64,000 nt of DNA, from NCBI GenBank assembly GCA_963666675.1, contig OY762929.1, forward strand, positions 2,300,544 through 2,364,543. The letters are read 5' to 3'. Every line of letters begins with the position of its first letter. The first letter of the stretch is position 1. Both the position numbers and the translations under genes were made by a program. This stretch comes from an uncultured Desulfobacter sp. (GTDB taxonomy: Bacteria; Desulfobacterota; Desulfobacteria; Desulfobacterales; Desulfobacteraceae). The notes beneath the pieces are model-generated. The model saw only the letters and a list, made by a program, of their open reading frames with translations. It had not been told where the DNA came from and searched no databases. Shown here piece after piece: positions 1 to 9,140 of the stretch.

Positions 1-441
1 TCCTGATCCCGTGGCCCCGGTGACCAGCACCAGGCCCGAGGGCAGCCAGGCCAGATCCCGAAGCTGGGGGGGCAGGCCCAGTTTTTCCAGGGAGGGAAGG
101 TCCTGGGCCAGGTGCCGGATGGTCATGGCGGGCTGTCCCATTTGAAAATAGGTATTGACCCGGAACCGGAAGCCCTGGTCTGTTGAATAGCCTAAATCTA
201 CGGTAAAATGGGTGTCCAGTTCCGCTGTCTGGGCCGGGGTCATGATGCCGTAGGCCATGGCCGTGACCAGGTCGGCGCCCAAAGGGGTCTCCCCCTTTCG
301 GGTCAGGCTGCCGTTGATGCGGAATACGGCTGGTTCCAGAGGGGAGAGATGGATATCCGAGGCACCCAGTTCAACGCACTGATTGCAAAACCGCTCAAAT
401 TGTTTTCTGCCTGTGGCAATGGTATCGGGGTTATGGGTCAT
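1..441 (-). CDS. PilT/GspE-family secretion ATPase, N-terminal 147 aa (gene continues beyond window start)
   Basis: Reverse-strand translation from ATG at 441..439 (RBS aggagacc upstream) gives MTHNPDTIATGRKQFERFCNQCVELGASDIHLSP...GLVLVTGATGSG. The GASDIHL N-terminal motif and Walker A GxxGSGK-type loop are typical of PilT/PilB ATPases. Not in the ORF track because it runs off the window edge. Confidence 0.6.
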   Translation of the reverse strand, partial: MTHNPDTIATGRKQFERFCNQCVELGASDIHLSPLEPAVFRINGSLTRKGETPLGADLVTAMAYGIMTPAQTAELDTHFTVDLGYSTDQGFRFRVNTYFQMGQPAMTIRHLAQDLPSLEKLGLPPQLRDLAWLPSGLVLVTGATGSG

Positions 442-452
442 AATAGGTCTCC

Positions 453-1088
453 TTACATGGACATCTGAAGATAAATATACAGGGCGCCGCCAGGCAGTCT
501 GTCGTCATTGTTGCCCCGGGGGGGATCCGCATACAGTTTCAGGTTCATCACCGAAACATAGAAGGACAGCTCCTTGAGCCCGTTGAGAAAGTCAATCAGG
601 TCCCAGAATTTTGCCTGGGCAGAGATATCCAGTAAAGGCCTTTTGACCTGGGGATCCAGGTAGACCGATGTGCCTTCATCGGTTAACGACACCCCTTTCT
701 GGACCACCGACACCAGGTTGACCCCTGTCCGGTCGGCCAGGGTGGATATCTCGAGCATGAGCTGGCGTTTCACATCCGCAGAATCCACCGGAGCAAATCC
801 CGTATCCAGTTCATCAAAGTCCTGGCTCAGGGCTTTAAACTTTTTCCTGGCCTCGTCTATCTTTTTTTGAATCACCTTGGGGTTCAGGCCTTTGCTGGAT
901 AAATTGTCTATATTGGCCCGCTTGTCTATGCGGTCCTGGCGCCGGTGAAGCATCTGTTCGGCATGGTCCAGTTTCTTTCTGGAAATGGGATAGAATACAA
1001 GCCCGTAAACCCCCAGCATGAGAAAAGCAAAAACGATCTGTGCCCGCAACCGTTCCCCCGGGGACATTTTTCGCCATCGTTCTATCAT
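453..1088 (-). CDS. GspM/PilO-like pilus/secretion assembly protein (single N-terminal TM, periplasmic domain)
   Basis: 211 aa. N-terminal hydrophobic helix (IVFAFLMLGVYGLVFYPI) is followed by a coiled-coil-rich region. Sits between the GspL-like gene and the ATPase in the same operon. Confidence 0.45.
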   Translation of the reverse strand: MIERWRKMSPGERLRAQIVFAFLMLGVYGLVFYPISRKKLDHAEQMLHRRQDRIDKRANIDNLSSKGLNPKVIQKKIDEARKKFKALSQDFDELDTGFAPVDSADVKRQLMLEISTLADRTGVNLVSVVQKGVSLTDEGTSVYLDPQVKRPLLDISAQAKFWDLIDFLNGLKELSFYVSVMNLKLYADPPRGNNDDRLPGGALYIYLQMSM

Positions 1089-3031
1089 CGTTTCCGGCCT
1101 CTCTTATGGGACTTCTTTGAGGTGGCTTCAGCTTTTTGAACCGGCGGCGTGGTGCTTCGGATTTTAATTTTCAGGTTATAACCATCCAGATCCAGCCCCC
1201 CGCCTTTACCTGCAGTGGACTGGAGATCCGCCACCTTATATTTCAAAGGTACCAGCACTTCATTTAGGTTCTTGCCAAACAACTGGCCATCGGTGTCATT
1301 CAAGGCCCAGGCTTCCATATAGAATCCCTGGCGGTCTGTATCCTCTTCGACCAGGTCAATCATCACCTGGTCGGTGACGGCGCTGCCAATGGCGGTTAAA
1401 AAGTCAGGCACCAGGTGCTGGCGGTAACGGATCACCTGGTCCAGGATCACTTTAAGCCTTTGCTGCTCTTTGATCTGGGCTTCCACACCGTCAAGTTCTC
1501 TCATCAACCGGCTGGCCTCGTTTGAGGTGCTCTGGGCCTCTTTTTTAATCTTGATCCGGCGGTCATACTCGATGTCCAGCAGCTCCAGTTCCCACTGTTT
1601 TTGTTCTGTCTGTTTTTTCATGTAGACGGAATTTGCACCGATGCCGGCGGCGATCAAAAAAATAACGGCCCAGGGCAGCAGAGCCTTGTTTTTCCACACA
1701 GGGGGTTTTGGATCCTGGGCCTCGATTCTGACCTGGCGCTGGGCCGTGCACCGTTTCAGGGCGTGCCGGGCCACGCCTTCCATGGACAATGCGGCGGTCA
1801 TGGGTACCCTGGCCTGGGCCGACGCTGTTTCATGATCGGTCCGGGTGTCAGGTTCCGGCAGCACCGTTTCAGCGTCTTGTGCTTCGGACCAGACCGGTTT
1901 GATCCGGATATCGGACCGGCCAAGGGATTGCTCAATCTCCCGGGCAATCGGATCAAACAGGTCCGGTTCACATAAAATGAAAATATGCGTTGTGCCTGGA
2001 TGGATAAACCGTACAACGGAACCGGCCACCTGGGCAGGATCTGCCAGGCCGGACTGGGTGGGAAACGATGAAAAGGATTCCAGCTGTTCATGTACGCCCT
2101 GGAACAGCCCGGCCTGTTCCTGGCAGATATCCAGAAACAGCCAGCCATGGCCGTCGCCACCGGGCAGGTCCGCCATGGGCAGGGCTGCGCCCAGCCTGGG
2201 GTATATAAAGGTAAGAAACAGATCGTTTTTCTTAAATGCCTCGGTCCATCGCTCCCGGATACCCTGGCCGATACCCGCACCGTACCAGATAAAGGGGGCA
2301 TCGCCTTTGGTCTGGGGTGTCCAGCCGGGAACCAGCTCCTCATCCATGCCCATGAGAATTTCCTGGATTTCCAGGCATTGTCCGATCTGTTCGGCCGAGG
2401 CATATTGATCGTAATTGTTAGCCGTAGATGCCGGGCCGGATTCAAACGCCGTTGCCTGCTCCACCGAGAGGCGCTGGCGCCAGGTAATGATCCCGCAGCC
2501 CTGGAGTACCGCCCCCAAAGACCACATATCCCCAAGCTTTAAAAACAGCTCTTCCAGTTCCCAGCGCACCATCTCGGCCATCTGGGGCCGGGGCCTCGGT
2601 TTTTTGGGGTCCACGGGCAAAGAGAGCAGGTCCCCTGCGGCATTGGGGGTGATCAGCACTGCTTTTTTGGGCAGGATTTTATTCTGGGCTTTAAGCTGGT
2701 CCTTGACTTCCTTGACGGCCTTTGAAAAATCTGCAGCAGTTGAGACCACAGGTTCGCCAATCTTGTATGCCCCCATGATTCCGGCCCTGGCAACCCTGGC
2801 ATACAGTTTAAATCCCGTGGTCTCGAATACGATGACCTTGCCGGGCCGTTTCAGCCTTATACGGTCAACTTGGGAAAGGATGTTCCAGTTTAGTTTCTTT
2901 TTCTTGGGCCGCTCAGTGGCGTTCTTTTTTTTTCTTTTGAATTTCATGGATATCAGCGATTGGCCGGAACCCTTCCAGGAACCAATACCCGCAGCCCACC
3001 GGCGTAAATTAATCAAAGTTCTATTCCACAT
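1085..3031 (-). CDS. GspL-like assembly protein: cytoplasmic PilM-like actin-fold domain fused to TM + PilN-like periplasmic coiled-coil domain (true start probably internal Met, MKFKRKKK...)
   Basis: 648-aa ORF. N-terminal half resembles PilM/GspL cytoplasmic domain. A TM segment (LLPWAVIFLIAAGIGANSVY) is followed by a coiled-coil periplasmic region like PilN. 4-bp overlap with the downstream gene. Confidence 0.5.
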   Translation of the reverse strand: MWNRTLINLRRWAAGIGSWKGSGQSLISMKFKRKKKNATERPKKKKLNWNILSQVDRIRLKRPGKVIVFETTGFKLYARVARAGIMGAYKIGEPVVSTAADFSKAVKEVKDQLKAQNKILPKKAVLITPNAAGDLLSLPVDPKKPRPRPQMAEMVRWELEELFLKLGDMWSLGAVLQGCGIITWRQRLSVEQATAFESGPASTANNYDQYASAEQIGQCLEIQEILMGMDEELVPGWTPQTKGDAPFIWYGAGIGQGIRERWTEAFKKNDLFLTFIYPRLGAALPMADLPGGDGHGWLFLDICQEQAGLFQGVHEQLESFSSFPTQSGLADPAQVAGSVVRFIHPGTTHIFILCEPDLFDPIAREIEQSLGRSDIRIKPVWSEAQDAETVLPEPDTRTDHETASAQARVPMTAALSMEGVARHALKRCTAQRQVRIEAQDPKPPVWKNKALLPWAVIFLIAAGIGANSVYMKKQTEQKQWELELLDIEYDRRIKIKKEAQSTSNEASRLMRELDGVEAQIKEQQRLKVILDQVIRYRQHLVPDFLTAIGSAVTDQVMIDLVEEDTDRQGFYMEAWALNDTDGQLFGKNLNEVLVPLKYKVADLQSTAGKGGGLDLDGYNLKIKIRSTTPPVQKAEATSKKSHKRGRKR

Positions 3032-4424
3032 GCCATTTTAACGTTTGAATCGTTGAGCCGGGGACAAGAGAGAAGGTTTTCCAGTCACGCTCATCATGCC
3101 ATATATAGCCAGCAGTTGTGCAATCACTCTCAGTTGTATAACTAGAATTTGAGCAAAAAGGGGATGGATATGTGTCGGTGCTGCAGGTGCCGCTGGTATC
3201 AACTTCAAAAATCTTGTAGGCTACCTGGCCCATTGGTAAATACTGATCTTCATCGTAGTCTTCAGCTATCGAATCTTCAAAAAGAAATACGGCGGTTTGA
3301 TTTGTTGTTCCGTTCCAACTGCCTGTTTTATCGTAGTATTTTTTATTAGTGCCTGAAGAGTTATAAACTCCAGAGGAAGGCATGACTGTGATAACACCTT
3401 TTGTTTTATACGCGATTTTCATGCAAATGCCCGTGATACTCGTATCCGAATCAGGTGTTCCAAAATCTACGGTAAGCCCTCCGATAGCATCATATCGACT
3501 TGTGCTATTTGAATCAGTTAACAGGATTCTGTATTTTTCTTCGGGTATGGTGCCAGAAGCGGTCTGAGGAGGGTAATCTCCGTCATAGGCATCATATTCA
3601 CTATCAGAATCATCTGCAGTTCCGTCCCTTCCAACTGTTCTTATGACCAGATTCCCGTAATCACCGTAAGCCGTATTGGTGCTGAGAATAAAGCTCCACC
3701 CGAAATTGTTGGGATCGGTTATGTCTATGTCGTCGGAAACCTTAGTGGCTTCATCTCCGTTAACGAGGCCGTTATCTGCATCATAAATATTTCCCCAGCC
3801 ATCCCGGAATTTGGAATACCCGGTTAATTCCGCTGCGTTGAGATATGGACCGTTCCAGCCAGCCCAAAGGTTATGTTCACTGTCATAATACCGGTTCCCG
3901 TCTAACCAGATTTCACCATCACTTTCACATGTCGTTTGGGTCGTATAGACATCGTCTGAACATCTCTCATATCCTTGGTCTGTGTTCCAGCTTCCGCCAA
4001 GATCATCGCACCCCTCCTCAACATGTTCATTGGTTCCGGACTTCGAGCAGGGAGGGCGGCCCTGGATATACCAGGTCTCAGAGGCCGTAGTACAATCATC
4101 TTCATTGGTATATTGGGGATCTGAGCAGTAATCTTTTTTAATTAATGCATTAAGGTCCCTGGGCAAGCTCCCCATATCCGCCACATATCCACGGATTTCG
4201 GGCATGCCGTTCAGGGTTCGGGATGTGTCCCCGATAATGGCTCTGCGGATGGCCGATAACCGGTTCCGGGTATCGTCAAATCGCACCTGGTCCGTTTTGT
4301 TTTCAATGGTACCCACCGCCATCCAGGCCACCGCCGACAGGATGGTGATCACCATCAGCAGTTCCAGAAGGGTGAAGCCTTTGGTGTTAAAAAGGGGGTG
4401 GTATGTTGACTTGGGGCTGTTCAT
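3021..4424 (-). CDS. large minor (pseudo)pilin with class III (prepilin) signal: leader MNSPKSTYHPLFNTKG | FTLLELLMVITIL
   Basis: G|FTLLE prepilin peptidase cleavage/N-methylation motif with Glu+5. 467 aa, Cys-rich, Asp/Gly/Thr-rich periplasmic portion. Confidence 0.6.
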   Translation of the reverse strand: MNSPKSTYHPLFNTKGFTLLELLMVITILSAVAWMAVGTIENKTDQVRFDDTRNRLSAIRRAIIGDTSRTLNGMPEIRGYVADMGSLPRDLNALIKKDYCSDPQYTNEDDCTTASETWYIQGRPPCSKSGTNEHVEEGCDDLGGSWNTDQGYERCSDDVYTTQTTCESDGEIWLDGNRYYDSEHNLWAGWNGPYLNAAELTGYSKFRDGWGNIYDADNGLVNGDEATKVSDDIDITDPNNFGWSFILSTNTAYGDYGNLVIRTVGRDGTADDSDSEYDAYDGDYPPQTASGTIPEEKYRILLTDSNSTSRYDAIGGLTVDFGTPDSDTSITGICMKIAYKTKGVITVMPSSGVYNSSGTNKKYYDKTGSWNGTTNQTAVFLFEDSIAEDYDEDQYLPMGQVAYKIFEVDTSGTCSTDTYPSPFCSNSSYTTESDCTTAGYIWHDERDWKTFSLVPGSTIQTLKWHVE

Positions 4425-4438
4425 GGGCGCTACAGGCG

Positions 4439-4963
4439 TTAAGGTTGTTCCGGGGCGGGCAGGAAGTCCACGACCAGGATGGCCGGGCCTTTGGCATAGG
4501 TGTAGACATGATAGCCTAAGAAACTGGCATCCTGTTCAACCTTCAGGCCTTCTTTGAGTTTGGCAGCCGCTTTGTTTTCCACATATACGGGAATGATCCG
4601 GCCCTCTTTGGACTCCACAAACATGCGGAAATTGACTTCGGGCATGGGATTGACGCCGACCACCTGCATGGCCGTGTAGATGTAGGCCATCTCCTTTTCT
4701 TCGGGGAACCGCTTCATTCTGGCGTCAAATTTCACCGGGACCATTTTGCGGATGATCTTTTTCTTGTAGTCTTGGGCTATGCTTTTTTCCTGGTCAATGA
4801 ACCGGTCCAGTTCCACGATCTTGAACTCCTTGTCCCCTGAATTATCCTGGTCTGCAGCAAATCCGAAGGTTGGGAATATAATGCCCAGGATCAAAAACAG
4901 AGTAACAGCTAAGTTTATTAATGATTTTATTTTCTTATTTTGTGTGCTCAATGTTATGCTCAC
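4439..4963 (-). CDS. hypothetical secreted protein (signal peptide), embedded in pilus operon
   Basis: 174 aa, N-terminal signal-like segment (LINLAVTLFLILGIIFPTFGFAADQ). No recognisable motif. Confidence 0.4.
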   Translation of the reverse strand: MSITLSTQNKKIKSLINLAVTLFLILGIIFPTFGFAADQDNSGDKEFKIVELDRFIDQEKSIAQDYKKKIIRKMVPVKFDARMKRFPEEKEMAYIYTAMQVVGVNPMPEVNFRMFVESKEGRIIPVYVENKAAAKLKEGLKVEQDASFLGYHVYTYAKGPAILVVDFLPAPEQP

Positions 4964-4973
4964 CTACGCTTGT

Positions 4974-5939
4974 CTATTTGACGTATAGCAAAATGTCATC
5001 TGTGTTATTGTCAGGATCATATTCCCCGTGGTCGAATTCACCGTTGGGCCCCATGCTGATGATGACAGGCCCCGGATTCTTAGCCCCGCCGATATCCATG
5101 TCGGTCTGGTCCAGGCCGAACACCAGGTAGGGACGGCCCCATCTGGATCTGGTGCCGTTTTCCCGGCCTTCATAATAGTCGTCGTCATCAGGGTCGTCGG
5201 ATTCATCCGACAGGCGCCTGCGGTACAGACTCCAGTCCAGCAGGGTGTCGTCCACACCACTGCCCCCCGCCTCCTTTTCCCCGAACTCAAAGGGGTCTGC
5301 CACGCCGATGACATCGGGAATGTCATAGTCCTCGCTTGAATCGTCCAGGGGAGTGCCCTCAATATCGCCCTGGGCCAGCTCGTCATCATCAGTGCCGTTA
5401 ATGCTGTCTGAGATATCCACATACCCATCCTTAAATCCTTTCAGATACGGTCCTCGCCAGCCCCGGCCGGTTTCCGGGTCCCACGTTTTCAAGGGACTTC
5501 CCGAGCCGGTCAGCGGACTTGTGACGGCGGTGAGCTGATAAAGATTGGCAGGGGAGTAGAACCAGCGGCATTTCTGGTCAACAATGCTGTCGCTGCCTGT
5601 TGCTTCTATTGCCTGGATATACTCCGGCAGCCCATCGTCCACGACCTGTCCTGAATCCACACAGTCAGCCAGGCCAAAGGGACCGGTTTTGGGGTAATAC
5701 CCGGTGTCGGCCTTGAACTGGGCCAGGGCCTTGGCGATCTGCTGCATCTCGGTGCGGGCCAACCGGTCGTTGGAATCGTCAAGCACCTTTGCATATCCCC
5801 CCAGGGAGATAAATGAAATGGAGGCCAGTATGCCGACCACCACCAGCAGCTCCAGCAGGCTGAACCCCCGGCAGTCGGAGAGTATAAAAAAGTTGCGGTA
5901 TCTGAAGTTGTGTCGGGACATATCGGGATAACGATGCAA
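4974..5939 (-). CDS. acidic minor (pseudo)pilin with prepilin signal (RG|FSLLELLVVVGILA)
   Basis: Class III signal peptide motif G|FSLLE. 321 aa with a very acidic C-terminal half (DDSSEDYDIPD...). Confidence 0.6.
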   Translation of the reverse strand: MHRYPDMSRHNFRYRNFFILSDCRGFSLLELLVVVGILASISFISLGGYAKVLDDSNDRLARTEMQQIAKALAQFKADTGYYPKTGPFGLADCVDSGQVVDDGLPEYIQAIEATGSDSIVDQKCRWFYSPANLYQLTAVTSPLTGSGSPLKTWDPETGRGWRGPYLKGFKDGYVDISDSINGTDDDELAQGDIEGTPLDDSSEDYDIPDVIGVADPFEFGEKEAGGSGVDDTLLDWSLYRRRLSDESDDPDDDDYYEGRENGTRSRWGRPYLVFGLDQTDMDIGGAKNPGPVIISMGPNGEFDHGEYDPDNNTDDILLYVK

Positions 5940-5942
5940 GGC

Positions 5943-6254
5943 TTATTGTACGCAGGCTTTTCTGGCTTCTTTGAGCGGCTTCTGGAACTCCGGGCCGTAT
6001 TTTCTTCGGGTCCTGCTTTTGGCCTGGCTTTCCTTTACGCCTTCATTCATAAGCTTAGCCATGTAGTTGTAGGCGTCGCCGTCCACGGTATCCGCCGCTT
6101 TCTGGGCAAAACATTCGGCCTGGGCTGCGGGCATCCCGGAGCGGATCAAGCCGGCTTTCATCTGGTCGGTGTCAGGTGATCCGCAACCGGCCAGAAAAGG
6201 CAGGGCAAAAGCAGTGATGGTAATCAGTTTAAGATTTTTTTTCAGATAGGACAC
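5943..6254 (-). CDS. small lipoprotein (lipobox LAGC)
   Basis: 103 aa. Signal + lipobox FLAGCGSPD. Confidence 0.4.
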   Translation of the reverse strand: MSYLKKNLKLITITAFALPFLAGCGSPDTDQMKAGLIRSGMPAAQAECFAQKAADTVDGDAYNYMAKLMNEGVKESQAKSRTRRKYGPEFQKPLKEARKACVQ

Positions 6255-6444
6255 AGGGACCTCCCCTCTTTTGTGTTAAAGGTATGCTTTGGTGGTTAAA
6301 ACGGTTGGTGCGGGCAAGGAGCCGGGACTGTGACGGGCTCTTCGTAAAAGGCCTTCAATGTCCGTCCCGGCTCTGTTTGTATTTTCAGGATTGACCCCTG
6401 CATTGCCCTTGCGGACCCTGCCGGGATCAAAGGTTCAGCTTATA

Positions 6445-7473
6445 TTAGATGGTGTTACGGGTTCCGTCCCATTCACCAAGTTCTTCCTCTTTGGTGTCGC
6501 CAGCGCCGTCAACAACGGCGATGAAGGCAACCTGATCAGTGGCTTCAACAGTACCCCATGCTGTGCCGGTGGCGTCATAGGTAGATTCGGCAACCTTGAA
6601 CAGGCCGATGAAACGGTTGTACTGGTCTGGATTCACATGGCGGTATACAGGCACGGAAGTCATGCCGCCAAGCTGTTCGGTGTTGAACAGGTTGGAGGAG
6701 GGGCCAAAACCAACGGCTAGAAATACGGGGGCTACTGCGCCGTCTTCGGGAGTAACAGTTGAGGAAACCGTTCCGGCAGTGGCATCAAAGGCTGCATCTT
6801 CATATTCGCCCGGGCCGAGGATACGCTCAATGGCGCCGGTCCAGTATGCAACAGTATCACCATCAGCCAATGTAATGCTCTGGCCGCAGCCATTGCCTTC
6901 TTCACCATTAAAGATATTGCCGGCAACCATGTTATTGGAACGGCTGGCTACAGTTTCCTGCAGAACGCCGCCAACGGGGGTGCAGTCAGCAGCTGTATAA
7001 CCCAAATCAGTAGCGGTAATTACACTGCCTGTGGCATCAATATAGCGAAGATCGGTCATTCCGATATCGGACATGATACCCGCAACATCGGCAATAATAG
7101 TGCCTGCTTCAACGCTGTCTTCAATACCCAGGATATCGCCGTCGGTACCGCTGCCATTGGGCAGCAATACAGCGGTGGTTGCATCATCAGCTGCTGTTAC
7201 ATAGCAAAGAGAATCAAGGTTATTGGGCAGAACGTTACGATTCAGCACACGAAAGGTTCTAACCCCTTTGTTCAACTCATCCATCATGGCAACGTGGGCT
7301 GCAGCGGAAGCACGCATATCCGTATCCTGCAGGGCGATGGTGGCGGTACCGGCAATGGCGGCCATGATGGCGACAACCACCAGGAGCTCAAGAAGGGTGA
7401 AACCTTTTTCGTTGTTGAATTTTTTGCGTTGGGCGATCAATTTTTTAAAAAATTTTTTAAATTTCATTTTCAT
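6445..7473 (-). CDS. large major pilin/pseudopilin, type IVb-like long leader (MKMKFKKFFKKLIAQRKKFNNEKG | FTLLELLVVVAIMAAIA)
   Basis: Prepilin motif G|FTLLE with a 24-aa basic leader. 342 aa. First gene of the minus-strand operon. Confidence 0.6.
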   Translation of the reverse strand: MKMKFKKFFKKLIAQRKKFNNEKGFTLLELLVVVAIMAAIAGTATIALQDTDMRASAAAHVAMMDELNKGVRTFRVLNRNVLPNNLDSLCYVTAADDATTAVLLPNGSGTDGDILGIEDSVEAGTIIADVAGIMSDIGMTDLRYIDATGSVITATDLGYTAADCTPVGGVLQETVASRSNNMVAGNIFNGEEGNGCGQSITLADGDTVAYWTGAIERILGPGEYEDAAFDATAGTVSSTVTPEDGAVAPVFLAVGFGPSSNLFNTEQLGGMTSVPVYRHVNPDQYNRFIGLFKVAESTYDATGTAWGTVEATDQVAFIAVVDGAGDTKEEELGEWDGTRNTI

Positions 7474-7699
7474 AAGATCCTTTATTTTTCATTTAAAAGT
7501 TAAGTAGCTGTTTGATCCCTTGCTGACTTTGGAAACCTCTGTTTCCCCCTTGCAGCGGATCGGACATATGGATTTAACTTTGGAACCTGTGTTGCGCCCC
7601 TCGCGCGAAGGTTCCTGGTGCGTGCAGTTCGGATCGGCCCCACGCCGTCTTCCGGCAGAAAAAAAATCCTCCTTTGGTTTTGATATGGACGGTTTATAC

Positions 7700-8014
7700 T
7701 TACGCATCGAACCCACTTTCGCATGCTTGTTTTATGTCGGTCGGCCCGGACGCCCGCCGGACAGTCTGGGCCGTATTGGCGAAATCAACCACGAAGCGGT
7801 ATTGTTTGCCGCAATAGATAATCACCTCTTTTTGCCCCCGGCGCAGGATTTTCATCTCCACACGGATATTGCCGTGGCCGTCATGGGTAAAAACTTCCTG
7901 GTAAAGTTCGGTCAGCTTTTTAATTACATCCTGATTGGTTGCTGTGCTCAATTCATTGCTCCAGATGGTGTCTATGGTTGTGTTAAGCTCGACAAAACTT
8001 ATACAGCACTTCAA
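7700..8014 (-). CDS. small protein of unknown function, paralog of 18076..18495 (shared LYQEvfTHDG...EV...CG.xYRF core). Annotated ATG start may be too far upstream.
   Basis: 104-aa ORF. Alignment to the paralog: ELYQEVFTHDGHGNIRVEMKILRRGQKEVIIYCGKQYRF vs NLYQEMITHDGYADITVNICLMKRNIKEVRLQCGREYRF. Confidence 0.4.
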   Translation of the reverse strand: MKCCISFVELNTTIDTIWSNELSTATNQDVIKKLTELYQEVFTHDGHGNIRVEMKILRRGQKEVIIYCGKQYRFVVDFANTAQTVRRASGPTDIKQACESGFDA

Positions 8015-8025
8015 AACTTATCTTC

Positions 8026-8041
8026 TGTGACTTTGATCACA
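8026..8041. promoter_or_regulatory. perfect CRP-type palindrome TGTGActttgaTCACA in divergent intergenic region (small ORF/pilin operon vs crp-family gene)
   Basis: Sequence tgtgactttgatcaca read directly. Matches the TGTGA-N6-TCACA consensus in all 10 defined positions. Confidence 0.5.
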
Positions 8042-8227
8042 TTTCTAAAAATAATTTTGGATTATATAATTTTTCACAATTTTTATCATAATGTTAGAAA
8101 TAGCTTATTTTTTTAGATGGTATTGACAAACCCATTTTCATTACTTTACTATCCGCGCTTGTTGTTACGCACAGGGCAACACCCGGGTTGTAAGATATCT
8201 CTAAATGCTTAAGGAAAGATAAATTTT

Positions 8228-9004
8228 ATGGCACAGACTGCGTTAAGAAACAGACTTATCAGTACGGCAGGCAAAAAAATCGATCTTGAACTGACCCCAC
8301 TCCTTGACGGACTGCCCCCTGATCTGCAGCAGGCCCTAATCCGCCAGGGCCGGATAAGGTCTATGAAAAAGGGGCAGCTGCTGTTTATGGCCGGAGATCC
8401 GGTGGATTCTATTTTCTTTGTCGTGTCCGGTAAGCTTAAGGAATACTTTTCTACGAAATCCGGAGATGTGTGTTTGAGAAGTATTTATTTCTCGGGCAGT
8501 TATATATCCTTACATGCTGTTTTCCTGGGCTGGAAAACCTACGCCTATACCTGCGAAGCGATTCGCCCCACCACCTGCGTGGTGTGGCCGGCCAATGCGT
8601 TTATGCAGCTTCTGCAACGGGAACCGGTTCTTGGACTCCGTGTGGCGGCCATACTGGCGGAAAAAATTGAGAATACGTGCAGGCTTCAGTGCCTGTGCCG
8701 TAAAACCCAGGCCCTGTCCCGGGTGGCGGGATTTCTTCTGCGCCACTCAGCCGCTTCTGAAAATCATCCCCGATCCTGGGATACAGGGCTGGGTTGCACC
8801 AAACGCGTCGGCAAAGCGGAATTTACCCTCTTGACCAATATCCGGCCCCTGGAATTGACTGCCAGCAACATCTGCCTGGCCCGGGAGACCTTTTCCAGGG
8901 CCTTATCCATGCTCCAGGAGCAAGGCTATATCCGCACCCGGGGCGGGATGGTTGAGATTCTTGATACTGAAGGGCTGAAACAGATTTGCGGTGCCAGTGA
9001 TTAG
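8228..9004 (+). CDS. Crp/Fnr-family transcriptional regulator (cNMP-binding domain + C-terminal HTH; no Fnr-type Cys cluster)
   Basis: 258 aa. Effector-domain motifs (GQLLFMAGDPVDSIFFVVSGKLKEY). HTH recognition helix ARETFSRAL carries the R-E-x-x-x-R pattern CRP uses to read TGTGA. Confidence 0.75.
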   Translation: MAQTALRNRLISTAGKKIDLELTPLLDGLPPDLQQALIRQGRIRSMKKGQLLFMAGDPVDSIFFVVSGKLKEYFSTKSGDVCLRSIYFSGSYISLHAVFLGWKTYAYTCEAIRPTTCVVWPANAFMQLLQREPVLGLRVAAILAEKIENTCRLQCLCRKTQALSRVAGFLLRHSAASENHPRSWDTGLGCTKRVGKAEFTLLTNIRPLELTASNICLARETFSRALSMLQEQGYIRTRGGMVEILDTEGLKQICGASD

Positions 9005-9140
9005 TGTTTGAAGAAAAAGTCACCCATCTGCGGCGTTGCTGCACAAAACTGCAATCCTCAAGTACTCAAGTACGCTCCGGTTGCAGCTTTGCTTGCGCCT
9101 TGCATATGGGTGACTTTTCCTTCAAACGCTGTTTTTTGTT

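Noticed and set aside
208-468. Plus-strand 86-aa ORF at window start
   Set aside because: The minus strand here encodes a convincing PilT-family N-terminus with RBS. The plus ORF is antisense noise.
1601-2542. Several overlapping 120-245-aa ORFs on both strands inside the GspL-like gene
   Set aside because: GC-rich antisense/alternate-frame ORFs with Arg/Pro/Gly-rich nonsense composition, embedded in a gene with a clear domain structure.
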